From Anaeromyxobacteraceae bacterium (GTDB taxonomy: Bacteria; Myxococcota; Myxococcia; Myxococcales; Anaeromyxobacteraceae): a stretch of DNA of 64,000 nt. The stretch lies in the NCBI GenBank assembly GCA_047602405.1, contig JASGHJ010000002.1, positions 3,200,001 through 3,264,000 on the forward strand. The letters run 5' to 3'. How positions within the stretch are numbered: position 1 is the first letter of the stretch; the number at the start of each line of letters is the position of its first letter. This document shows, piece by piece, positions 19,635 to 29,139 of this stretch. Made by a program: the position numbers and the translations under genes. The notes under the pieces are model-generated. The model saw only the letters and a program-made list of their open reading frames with translations. It made no database searches and had not been told where the DNA came from.

Positions 19635-21806
19635 TCACCAGGGCGTCGCGACCGGCTCCACCCCGAGCTGCCAGAGCAGGAACGCCTGATCGAACGCGAC
19701 CTCGCGGAGGCGATCGTAGCGGCCGCTCTTCCCGCCGTGGCCGGCGGCGTCGAGGTTGATGTTGAAGAGGAGCGGGTTCGCGTCGGTCTTCGTGGCGCGC
19801 AGGCGCGCGACCCACTTCGCGGGCTCCCAGTACATGACCTGCGAGTCGTTGTAGGACGACTTCACGAGCATCGCCGGGTAGGCCTTCGCCGCCACGTTGT
19901 CGTAGGGGCTGTAGCTCCGCATCACCCGGTACTCGGCCTCCTTCTTCGGGTTGCCCCACTCCTCGAACTCGCCGACGGTCAGCGGGAGCGACTCGTCGAG
20001 CATGGTGTTGAGGACGTCGACGAACGGGACCTGCGCGAGCACCGCGCGGAAGAGGTCCGGGCGCAGGTTCACGACCGCGCCCATGAGGAGGCCGCCCGCG
20101 CTGCCGCCCTGCATGGCGAGGCGGTCCTTCGCGACGGCGCCGGTCGCCTGGAGCGCCTCGGCCACGGCGACGAAGTCGGTGAAGGTGTTGCGCTTGTTCG
20201 CCATGCGCCCGGCGTCGTGCCAGGGCTTGCCGAGCTCGCCGCCCCCGCGGATCCAGGCGGTGGCGTAGACGACGCCGCGGTCCACGAGGCTGTACACCGT
20301 CGAGTTGAAGGACGGCGTCATCGAGATGCCGTAGGAGCCGTAGCCGTAGAGGAGCCCGGCGGCCTTCCCGTCGAGGGCCACGTCCTTCCGCCGGAGCGTC
20401 CAGTACGGCACCGCGACGCCGTCCGCGGCCCTCGCCGAGGCGAGCTCGACCACGTAGCGGGACGGGTCGAAGCCCGGCACCTCCACCTGCTTCAGGAGCT
20501 TCCGCGCGCGCGTCGCGACCTCGTAGTCGAAGACCGACTCCGGCGTGATGGGCGACTGGTAGCCGAAGCGGAGCACCTTCGTGTCGAACTCGCGGTTCTC
20601 GCGGAGCGAGATCGCGTGCACGGGCTCGGGCAGCTCGATCCGGTGGCCGCCCGCGAGGCCCGCCTTCCCGAAGGGGACGATCCTCAGCTGCGGCACGCCG
20701 CCCTCGCGCTCGGCGAGCACGTAGAAGTCCCTGAACACCGTCACGTCCGCGAGCATGACGGCCGGGCGGTGCGGGACGAGCTCCTTCCAGTTCTTCCGGG
20801 CGGGGTCCTTCGCCGGCGCGGTCACGAGCCGGAAGTTCCGGCCGCCGGAGTTGGTGCGGACGTAGAAGACGCCGTCCCGGTGGTCGAGGTCGTACTGGTG
20901 ATCCTGCTCGCGGGGCGCGACGACGCGGAGCGCGGCCGCCGGCGTCGCCGTCGAGAGCACGCGGAGCTCGCTCGTCGTGTGGCTGCCGGAGCCGACCACG
21001 AGGTACTTCTTGTCGGTCGTGACGCCCACCCCGAGCTCGAACCGCTCGTCGGGCTCCTCGTACACGAGCGCGTCCTTCGCCTGGCCGAGCACGTGCCGGA
21101 AGAGCTGGTACGAGCGCTTCGTCTGGGGGTGCTCGACGACGTAGAAGAGCGTGCGGGAGTCGGCCGCCCAGGCGACGCTCGTGACGCGCTCGACGGCCTC
21201 CGGGCCGATCTTGCCCGTCGCGAGGTCCTTCACGTGGAGCGTGTACTGGCGGAAGCCGGTCTCGTCGGTGAGGTACGCGAGCTTCGTCGCGTCGGGGCTC
21301 ACCACGCGCCCGCCGACCGAGAGGAACGTCTTCCCCTCCGCGAGGGCGTTCTGGTCGAGCACCACCTCCTCGGGCGCCTCCATCGTGCCGTTGCGGCGGC
21401 AGAAGATCGGGTACTGCTTCCCCGCCTCCGTGCGCCCGTAATAGAGGTACCCGCCCTCCCGGTAGGGCACGCTCGTGTCGGTCTCGCGGATGCGCCCCTT
21501 CAGCTCCGCGTAGAGCCGCTCCTGCAGGGCCACGGTCGGCGCCATGACCGCCTTCGCGTACGCGAGCTCCGCGGTCAGGTACGCCTCGACCTCGGGCGTC
21601 CCCTTCCGGCGCAGCCAGAAGTAGTCGTCGGGGAGCGTCTCGCCGTGGATCGCGACCGGGTGAGCCTCCTTCCGGGCGATCGGCGCGACCGGCGCGGGCG
21701 GCCTCGCGGGGACGGCGGCCGCGGCGGGGGCGGGCTTCGGGGGAGCGACCGGCGCGGCGGCGCAGGCCGCGAGTGCGAAGGCGAGGATCGAGAGGGGTCG
21801 GCGCAT
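19635..21806 (-). CDS. ptrB: Oligopeptidase B (S9A), lipoprotein signal
   Basis: DDYFWLR, YGYGSYG, GGSAGG, DSQV, AGHGG. Confidence 0.92.
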   Translation of the reverse strand: MRRPLSILAFALAACAAAPVAPPKPAPAAAAVPARPPAPVAPIARKEAHPVAIHGETLPDDYFWLRRKGTPEVEAYLTAELAYAKAVMAPTVALQERLYAELKGRIRETDTSVPYREGGYLYYGRTEAGKQYPIFCRRNGTMEAPEEVVLDQNALAEGKTFLSVGGRVVSPDATKLAYLTDETGFRQYTLHVKDLATGKIGPEAVERVTSVAWAADSRTLFYVVEHPQTKRSYQLFRHVLGQAKDALVYEEPDERFELGVGVTTDKKYLVVGSGSHTTSELRVLSTATPAAALRVVAPREQDHQYDLDHRDGVFYVRTNSGGRNFRLVTAPAKDPARKNWKELVPHRPAVMLADVTVFRDFYVLAEREGGVPQLRIVPFGKAGLAGGHRIELPEPVHAISLRENREFDTKVLRFGYQSPITPESVFDYEVATRARKLLKQVEVPGFDPSRYVVELASARAADGVAVPYWTLRRKDVALDGKAAGLLYGYGSYGISMTPSFNSTVYSLVDRGVVYATAWIRGGGELGKPWHDAGRMANKRNTFTDFVAVAEALQATGAVAKDRLAMQGGSAGGLLMGAVVNLRPDLFRAVLAQVPFVDVLNTMLDESLPLTVGEFEEWGNPKKEAEYRVMRSYSPYDNVAAKAYPAMLVKSSYNDSQVMYWEPAKWVARLRATKTDANPLLFNINLDAAGHGGKSGRYDRLREVAFDQAFLLWQLGVEPVATPW

Positions 21807-21875
21807 GGGGCCGGAACGGTAGCAGGCTTGCCACCCCGGTCGCGACCTTGTTACTTGGAAAGAGAGGAGGGTCTC

Positions 21876-22877
21876 GTGACGGAGCCGGGCGTCCAGCTTC
21901 GCTACAAGCCGCCGCCGCCCGGCGACCGCGAGCCGTGCTTCCTCGGGCCCGCGCCGGTGAAGCCCGGCGGGCCCCGCTACCTCTTCCACGACCGGCTCGA
22001 GATCGGCCGCGACGACGGCGCGCGCCCCGAGGAGCCCGGCGTGCTGCTCGTCGCCGACCCGACCGTCTCCCGGGTCCACTGCGTGCTCACCCAGGACCGC
22101 GACGGGCGCTGCTTCGTGCGCGACCTCTCCCGGAACGGCACGCGCCTCGACGGCCGGCGGCTCGTCCCGAACGTCGAGAACCCCATCGAGTTCGGGCAGG
22201 TCCTCCAGGTCGGCTCGGTGAAGCTCGCGCTCCTCGGCGAGGGGGCCGCGATCCGCCGCGCCGCCCCGACCACCGGCAGCACCATCCCCGCGCCGAACCA
22301 CGCGATCGTCACCGTGCTCGTGGGGGACATCCGCGACTACACGCACCTCGTCCGGCTCAGCCTCACGCGCGAGGTGCAGGCCGCGGTGAGCCGCACGTTC
22401 GAGCTCTTGTCCGCGGAGGTGGCGGCCCACGGCGGGACGGTGAAGGAGTACCAGGGCGACGCCCTGCTCGCGTTCTGGGAGGGCGACGCCGCCGGGGCGC
22501 AGGCGCCGCGCGCCTGCGCGGCGGCGCTCGCGCTCGACCGGCTCGCCGGGCGGCTCGGGGCCGATCGCTCCCACTGGCCTCTCGAGGACTTCCCGCTCCG
22601 GATGGACTGGGCGCTCGCGACCGGCTTCGTGCTCATCGACAGCTTCGGCCGCGGCACGCCCACCGGCCTCTCCATGATGGGCGAGCCCATCGTGCGCGCG
22701 TTCCGGATCGAGAAGTTCGCGACCGAGGAGTCCGGCCGCATCCTCGCCTGCGGCGCGACCGAGGAGTTCGCCCGCGCCGCGTTCAGCTTCCGCGACCTCG
22801 GCGAGCGGCTCGCGAAGGGCTTCGACGCGCCGGACCACGTCTTCTCCCTCCTGGGCGCGCGCGGGGGCGCCGCGTGA
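21876..22877 (+). CDS. FHA domain + class III nucleotidyl cyclase
   Basis: IGR, VSRVH, SRNGT (FHA); VLVGDIRDYT, EYQGDA, AFRIEK; GAGGAGG RBS. Confidence 0.87.
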   Translation: MTEPGVQLRYKPPPPGDREPCFLGPAPVKPGGPRYLFHDRLEIGRDDGARPEEPGVLLVADPTVSRVHCVLTQDRDGRCFVRDLSRNGTRLDGRRLVPNVENPIEFGQVLQVGSVKLALLGEGAAIRRAAPTTGSTIPAPNHAIVTVLVGDIRDYTHLVRLSLTREVQAAVSRTFELLSAEVAAHGGTVKEYQGDALLAFWEGDAAGAQAPRACAAALALDRLAGRLGADRSHWPLEDFPLRMDWALATGFVLIDSFGRGTPTGLSMMGEPIVRAFRIEKFATEESGRILACGATEEFARAAFSFRDLGERLAKGFDAPDHVFSLLGARGGAA

Positions 22878-23881
22878 GCGGCGAGACCCTCCTCGACTTC
22901 CCGGCGGTCGAGCCGGACGAGCCGTGGCGCGTGCCCCCGCCCGGGCTCGGCCCCGCCGTCGCAGTGGCCGGGGCGCCGCGGGCCGCCCCCGGCGCCGCGC
23001 GCGCGGTCGAGCTCGCGCCGGGCACCCGGCTCGGGGAGCGGTTCCGCATCGTGAAGCGGCTTGGCCGCGGCTCGATGGCGACCGTCTACCTCGCCCTCGA
23101 CCTGCGCGCGCGGCGCGAGGTCGCGCTGAAGCTCGTCGACCCGTACCTCGGCGACGATCCGCGGGTGCTCGCCCGCGCCCAGCGCGAGCTCGAGCTCGCC
23201 CGCGTGGTCGCCCACCCGTGCGTGCGGCGCGTGCACGAGCACGGGGTGGTCGACGGCGTGCGGTTCTTCACGATGCAGCACGTCGAGGGCGAGACGCTCG
23301 CCGACCGGCTCCGCCGCGAGCGGCCGCTCGCCCTGCGCGTGGCGCTCGGGCTCTTCCACCAGGTCGCGAGCGGCATCGCCGCGGTCCACGAGCGCGGCGT
23401 CGTGCACCGCGACGTGAAGCCCCGGAACGTGCTCCTCGACCTCGAGGGCCGCGCCTACGTCACCGACTTCGGCCTCGCGACCTCTCCGCGCGTCCGCTCG
23501 GTCACCCGCGCCGGCGAGATCCTCGGCACGCCCGACTACATGTCGCCCGAGCAGGTCCGCGGCGAGCCCGCCGATCCCCGCTGCGACGTCTTCTCCCTCG
23601 GCGTGGTCCTGTTCGAGCTCGTCTCCGGGACCCTGCCGTACCTCGGCGCCACCACCTTCGAGGCGATGATCCTCCGCACCCGCGCCCCGGCGCGCCCGCT
23701 CCGCGCGCTCGCGCCGCACGTGCCCGGGCCGCTCGACGCGCTCGTCGCCCGGTGCCTCGCGCGCGACGCGAAGGACCGCCCCGCGAACGCGCGGGAGGTC
23801 GTGCTCGAGCTCGCCCGCGCGGCGGCGGCGCACCGGCGCGCCACGCCGCCCCGGCCGGCGGAGGCGGCGGCCACCGCGTGA
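22874..23881 (+). CDS. Hanks-type Ser/Thr protein kinase
   Basis: GRGSMATVY, VALK, HRDVKPRN, DFG, GTPDYMSPEQ; GTGA overlap. Confidence 0.92.
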   Translation: MSGETLLDFPAVEPDEPWRVPPPGLGPAVAVAGAPRAAPGAARAVELAPGTRLGERFRIVKRLGRGSMATVYLALDLRARREVALKLVDPYLGDDPRVLARAQRELELARVVAHPCVRRVHEHGVVDGVRFFTMQHVEGETLADRLRRERPLALRVALGLFHQVASGIAAVHERGVVHRDVKPRNVLLDLEGRAYVTDFGLATSPRVRSVTRAGEILGTPDYMSPEQVRGEPADPRCDVFSLGVVLFELVSGTLPYLGATTFEAMILRTRAPARPLRALAPHVPGPLDALVARCLARDAKDRPANAREVVLELARAAAAHRRATPPRPAEAAATA

Positions 23882-24762
23882 TCACCCGACCCCTCGGCAC
23901 CTGTGGCCTCGCCGTGCCGCCGGTCGGCCTCGGCACCGGCCGCATCGGCGGCGACGACGTCTCGGACGCCGAGGCCGAGGCGCTCGTCCGCCGGGCGCTC
24001 GAGCTCGGCGCGGTGCTCGTGGACGCGGCGCGCAGCTACGGGCGGGCCGAGGAGCGGCTCGGGCGCGCGCTCGCGGGCGGCGCGCGCGACCGCGCGGTGG
24101 TCACGACCAAGGTCGGCTACGGCATCCCCGGCCACGCCGACTGGACCGGCGGCTGCGTCGCCGCGGGCGTCGACGCGGCGCTCGCGCGGCTCGGCACCGA
24201 CCGGATCGACGTGGTCTTCCTGCACTCGTGCCCGCTCGAGGTGCTCCGCCGGGACGACGTGCTCGGGGCGCTCGAGGGCGCGGTGCGCGCGGGGAAGGTG
24301 CGCGCCGCGGGCTACTCCGGCGAGGGCGAGGCGCTCGCGTGGGCGGTGGCGTCGGGCCGTTTCCAGGTGATCCAGTGCTCGGTCTCCGCGTGCGACCAGG
24401 CGAGCCTCGACGGCCCCGTCGCGGAGGCCGCGCGCCGGGGGATGGGCGTGCTCGCGAAACGGTCGCTCGCGAACGCGCCGTGGCGGTTCCGTGAGCGCCC
24501 TTCGGGCGACGAGGCCGAGCCGTACTGGGAGCGCCTGCGGGCGATGGCGCTCGACCCGGGGCCCCACGCCTGGGACGCGCTCTTCCTGCGCTTCGCGGCG
24601 TTCGCGCCGGGCGTCTCGGCCGCGCTCGTCGGCACCCGCTCCGCCGCGCACCTCGAGGCCGCCGTCCGCGCGGCGGAGCTCGGCCCGCTGCCCGACGAGG
24701 ACGCGCGGCGGGTGCGCGCCGCGTTCCGCCAAGCCGGGGCCGGCTGGGCCGGGCGGATCTAG
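23878..24762 (+). CDS. Aldo/keto reductase
   Basis: VGLGTG, DAARSYG, TKVG, LGTDRIDVVFLH. Confidence 0.9.
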   Translation: MITRPLGTCGLAVPPVGLGTGRIGGDDVSDAEAEALVRRALELGAVLVDAARSYGRAEERLGRALAGGARDRAVVTTKVGYGIPGHADWTGGCVAAGVDAALARLGTDRIDVVFLHSCPLEVLRRDDVLGALEGAVRAGKVRAAGYSGEGEALAWAVASGRFQVIQCSVSACDQASLDGPVAEAARRGMGVLAKRSLANAPWRFRERPSGDEAEPYWERLRAMALDPGPHAWDALFLRFAAFAPGVSAALVGTRSAAHLEAAVRAAELGPLPDEDARRVRAAFRQAGAGWAGRI

Positions 24763-26816
24763 GCTCCCTCCTCCTCCAGGATCCGCACCGGCATGACCAT
24801 CGCGTTCATGCCGGCGAGCTGGAGGCGGCGCTGGAGCTGGAAGGCGGTCTCGTTGTGCAGGAGCCGCTGGAAGAGGCTCTCGCGCTGGAAGACGAGCTTC
24901 CCGGCGAAGAACACGGCCCGGGGAAACTCGGCCGCGACCGCGGCGCAGAGCTTCTCGGCCTCCGCCACGGCCTCGGTGCCGACCTCCATGCGGTGGTCGG
25001 CCGGCAGCCCGAGCCGGTGGGCGAGGTCGACGTAGCGCTCCAGGCTCTCGCGGGTGCGCAGGCGGATCCGGTCGACCTCCTCGATGCCCTTCATGGTGGC
25101 GGAGTCGACGACGCCCACCGAGACGAAGATCAGGTTCTTGAAGAACCCCGGGAACGTCCGCTGGACCGTGAGGACCGCGTGGACCCCCAGGCCGCCGTAG
25201 CCGCCGACGAGGAGCACGGCGGTGGGCTTCGAGGGGTCGAGCACCGGGTGCACCGTGGGCCGTTCCTGCGGGAGTGCCGCGAGGATCGCGTCGAGGCGCT
25301 TCAGGTTCTGCACGACGCCGCGGTAGTGCCGGCGGATGACGAAGCAGAGCGCGACGACGAGGCCCGTCACCACGATGGTGATCCAGCCGCCCTGCTCGCC
25401 CTTCTCGTGTACGGTGCCGACGAGGATCGACGCGCAGAGCGCGAAGGCCACCCCGTGGATTGCGAAGCCCCGCCGGCGCCCCTCGCCGCGATGCTTCCCC
25501 CAGTAGCGGAGCATGGCCGCCTGGGAGAGCGAGAAGGTCACGAAGACGTTGATCGAGTACATCGTGACGAGGTGGAGGATGTCGCCTCCGGTGAAGAGCA
25601 GCGTGGCGAGCGACGCGGCGCCCATGAGGAACACGCCGTTCTGCATGGTGAGCCGGTCGGAGAGCTGGGCGAACCGGTGCGGGAGCCAGGAGTCTGTCGC
25701 CATGTTGGACATGACGCGCGGCCCGTCGATGAAGCCGGCCTGCGCGGCGACGACGAGGAGCGCCGCCTCCGCGACGAGCGTCACGACGACGAAGCCCTGC
25801 CCCACCGGCACGCCACCGAGGTGGAAGCCACCCGCGAACCGCTCGAGCAGCACCGCGTTCATCGTCTTCCCCTCCTCCGGCGAGGCGCCGAAGAGGAGGT
25901 ACGCGACGAGGATGCCGCCGGCGGTGATGGCGAGCGACGAGGCCATGTAGACCATCGTGCGCCGGGCGGTGCGGACCTTCGGCTCCTGCATGATCTGGAT
26001 GCCGTTCGAGACCGCCTCGATGCCCGTGTACGTGCCGGCGCCCATCGAGTAGGCACGCACGAACACCATGAAGAGCCCGGCGAGGCCGAGCTCGGCGACG
26101 CCGGAGCGGAAGCCGTGGGCCACCTCGCCCGCCACGCGCGGCACCTCGAGGATCCGCGAGCCGAGGCCGCCCACGACGAGCACCGCGTGGGTGAGCAGGA
26201 ACAAAAGGAAGATCGGCGCGAGGAAGGCGACCGACTCCTTCACGCCGCGCAGGTTGAGGATCACGAGCGCGAGGATCGCAGCGGCCTCGAACGGCAGCTT
26301 CCAGCCGGCGAGCGAGGGCGGCAGGAAGCTCCAGAGCGCGTCGCCGGAGGACGCGATGGAGACCGAGATGGTGAGGACGTAGTCGACGAGGAGCGCGGCG
26401 CCGGAGACGACGCCGGCCCGCGGCCCGAGGAGCTCGGTCGCGACCACGTACCCGCCGCCGCCGAACGGGAACCGCTTGATGATCTGTCCGTAGGCGACCG
26501 AGATGACGAGCACGGTCCCCGCCGTGGCGAGCGCGAGGGCGACGGCGAGGTAGCCGTGCCGGCCGAGCGCCCGGAACGCCTCGTCCGGGCCGTACGCGGA
26601 GGACGAGAGGCCATCGGCGCCGAGCCCCACCCACGCGAGGAGCGCGATGAGCGCGATGCTGTGGTGCGTGTGCGGATCCTGCACGTCCCGCGGCGCGCCC
26701 AGGACGAGGTGGCGCAGCCGGGTGGTGGTGGACTCGCGGCGAGGAGCCGGCGTGGACGCCTTCGCGGACGACCCGGGCGGGAGGCTGGGCTGCGGGCTGC
26801 TGGGGCCGTCGTTCAT
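24759..26816 (-). CDS. APC-fold transporter, KimA/YdaO-like K+ importer
   Basis: ADGLSSSAYG, GGGGY, DYVLT, TGIEAVSNG, many TM segments plus cytosolic C-terminal domain. Confidence 0.85.
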   Translation of the reverse strand: MNDGPSSPQPSLPPGSSAKASTPAPRRESTTTRLRHLVLGAPRDVQDPHTHHSIALIALLAWVGLGADGLSSSAYGPDEAFRALGRHGYLAVALALATAGTVLVISVAYGQIIKRFPFGGGGYVVATELLGPRAGVVSGAALLVDYVLTISVSIASSGDALWSFLPPSLAGWKLPFEAAAILALVILNLRGVKESVAFLAPIFLLFLLTHAVLVVGGLGSRILEVPRVAGEVAHGFRSGVAELGLAGLFMVFVRAYSMGAGTYTGIEAVSNGIQIMQEPKVRTARRTMVYMASSLAITAGGILVAYLLFGASPEEGKTMNAVLLERFAGGFHLGGVPVGQGFVVVTLVAEAALLVVAAQAGFIDGPRVMSNMATDSWLPHRFAQLSDRLTMQNGVFLMGAASLATLLFTGGDILHLVTMYSINVFVTFSLSQAAMLRYWGKHRGEGRRRGFAIHGVAFALCASILVGTVHEKGEQGGWITIVVTGLVVALCFVIRRHYRGVVQNLKRLDAILAALPQERPTVHPVLDPSKPTAVLLVGGYGGLGVHAVLTVQRTFPGFFKNLIFVSVGVVDSATMKGIEEVDRIRLRTRESLERYVDLAHRLGLPADHRMEVGTEAVAEAEKLCAAVAAEFPRAVFFAGKLVFQRESLFQRLLHNETAFQLQRRLQLAGMNAMVMPVRILEEEGA

Positions 26817-26864
26817 GGCGACCCGAGGATGGCGGGCCCGGCGCGCCAGCGGCATCCGAGCCGC

Positions 26865-26987
26865 ATCAAGACCGGGCGCCTCCGTATCAAGACGGCATCA
26901 AGATCCCCGCCAACCGTCCGAAAGATGGCCGGTTCCAGCTTGACGCGCTCCCGACGGCCGCCCGCCGCGCCTTGACCCCACCCTGAC
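26865..26987. promoter_or_regulatory. Two oppositely oriented direct-repeat sets, putative KdpE sites
   Basis: ATCAAGA at 26865, 26886, 26897; CTTGAC/CCTGAC at 26939, 26971, 26982. Confidence 0.6.
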
Positions 26988-27011
26988 GTGCCCGGCGCTA
27001 GCCTTCCCACC

Positions 27012-27293
27012 GTGAACGCGCCCTTCGGCACCTCGCACCTGCGCCTCGTCCCGTCCCCGCACCGCCAAGGTGTTCCGGCCTCCGTGGACCGGACCCGCGG
27101 CGGCGACGACGACGCGCGTGGTGACCTCGTGCTCTTGGGCGCCCTCCTCGCGGTGGGGGCCTTCCCGCTCGTGGGCGAGGCGTTCGGCCTCGGCTTCGGG
27201 CAGGGGACCCTGGGCGCTTCCGCCGCGCTCTCGCTCCTCTCGGGGCGAGAGCTTCTGTCACAGACCCGCGAGCTCCTCCGCGCCCGACCCTAG
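27012..27293 (+). CDS. Small membrane protein upstream of kdpF
   Basis: Hydrophobic C-terminal half; TAGCCT 7 nt before GTG; ends 7 nt before kdpF. Confidence 0.5.
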   Translation: MNAPFGTSHLRLVPSPHRQGVPASVDRTRGGDDDARGDLVLLGALLAVGAFPLVGEAFGLGFGQGTLGASAALSLLSGRELLSQTRELLRARP

Positions 27294-27300
27294 GTGAACC

Positions 27301-27393
27301 ATGACCGCACTCACCGCGGCGGCCGGCGTCCTCGCCGCAGGCCTCCTCGTCTACCTCCTCTTCGCGCTGCTCTTCCCGGAGAAGCTCCAGTGA
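27301..27393 (+). CDS. kdpF: K+-transporting ATPase subunit F (30 aa)
   Basis: [30 protein letters not shown]; stop overlaps kdpA GTG. Confidence 0.9.
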   Translation: MTALTAAAGVLAAGLLVYLLFALLFPEKLQ

Positions 27394-29130
27394 CCACCAC
27401 CGCGCTCGTGAGCGTCGCTCTCTACCTTGGCGTCCTCACCGCGCTCGCGCTGCCGCTCGGCGCCTACGTCGCGCGGGTCCACGAGGGGAGGTCCCGCCGG
27501 GCCGACCGGATCTTCGGTCCGGTCGAGCGGCTCCTCTACCGCCTCGCGGGCGTCGACCGGAAGGAGGAGATGAGCTGGAGGCGCTACCTCGCCGCGCTGA
27601 TGGTCTTCAACGTCGCCGGGATCCTCGTCGTGTACGGGATCCAGCGGCTGCAGGACCGCCTCCCGCTCGACCCCGCCGGCCTCCCGGCCGTCGACCCGTG
27701 GATCGCGTTCAACACGGCGGTCAGCTTCGCCACGAACACGAACTGGCAGGCCTACGGCGGCGAGGCGACGATGAGCCACCTGACCCAGCTGCTCGCGCTG
27801 ACGACGCAGAACTTCGTCTCGGCCGCGACGGGGGTGGCGGTGCTGTTCGCCCTCGTCCGCGGGTTCACCCGGCGCTCCGCGCAGACGCTCGGCTCGTTCT
27901 GGGTGGACCTCACCCGCGCGACCCTGCACGTCTTCCTGCCGCTCTCCGTCGTGCTGGCGGTCGTCCTCGTCTCCCAGGGCGTCGTGCAGACGTACCGGGC
28001 GGAGGCCCACCACGCCCTGCTCGACCCGGGTGTCGACGGCCAGGGCGCCCCCGTCACGCAGCAGGTGGTCGCGATCGGCCCCGTCGCGTCGCAGGTCGCC
28101 ATCAAGCAGCTCGGGACGAACGGCGGGGGCTACTACAACGTCAACTCCGCCCACCCCTTCGAGAACCCGACGCCGCTCTCGAACTTCCTCGAGGTGCTCG
28201 CGATCCTGCTCGTCCCGGCGGCGCTCTGCTTCACGTTCGGCCGCCTCGTCGGCGACCGGCGCCAGGGCGTCACGCTCTTCGTGGCGATGCTCGTGATCCT
28301 CGCCCCGCTCATGCTCCACAGCGTCGCGGTCGAGCAGGCCGGCAACCCGGCCCTCGCGGCGCTCGGCGTGGACCAGGCGCCCGGCCCGCTTCAGGCGGGC
28401 GGGAACATGGAGGGGAAGGAGGCGCGCCTCGGCCCGGTCGACTCGGCGATCTGGGCGGTCGCCACCACCGCCGCCTCGAACGGCTCGGTGAACGCGATGC
28501 ACGACAGCTTCATGCCGCTCGCAGGCCTGTGGCCGATGTTCCTCATCCAGCTCGGCGAGGTCGTCTTCGGCGGGGTCGGCTCGGGCCTGTACGGCATGCT
28601 CGCTCTTCGCCCTCGTGGCGGTGTTCATCGCGGGTCTCATGGTGGGCCGCACCCCCGAGTACCTCGGCAAGAAGATCGAGGCCCACGAGATCAAGCTGGC
28701 GAGCCTCGGGATCCTGGTGCCTTGCGTCGCGGTGAAGCTCGGCACCGCGCTCGCGACGGCGACCCCCGAGGCGCGCGCGACCGTCGGCAACCCGGGCCCG
28801 CACGCCTTCAGCGAGCTCCTGTACGCCTTCTCGTCGATGGCGAACAACAACGGGTCGGCGTTCGCCGGCCTCACCGCCTCGAACCCGTGGTGGACCGTGG
28901 CGGGCGCGATCGCGATGTTCGTGGGCCGCTACGGGGTCATCGTCGCCGTGCTCGCGCTCGCCGGCGCGCTCGCCGCGAAGAAGCACGTCCCGGAGTCCGC
29001 CGGGACGCTCCCCACCACCGGGCCGCTGTTCACGACCTTCCTCGTGGGGACCGTGCTCCTCGTGGGCGCGCTGACCTTCCTCCCGTCCCTCGCGCTCGGC
29101 CCCGGGGTCGAGCACCTCCTGCTCCCGTAG
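27390..29130 (+). CDS. kdpA: K+-transporting ATPase subunit A, +1 frameshift near 28602
   Basis: [30 protein letters not shown] then [18 protein letters not shown]. Confidence 0.95.
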
Positions 29131-29139
29131 GTGACCGCC

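Noticed and set aside
27390..29130. kdpA, MocR, ECF sigma and kinase as true pseudogenes
   Set aside because: Single-base shifts in otherwise intact genes; sequencing error is more likely
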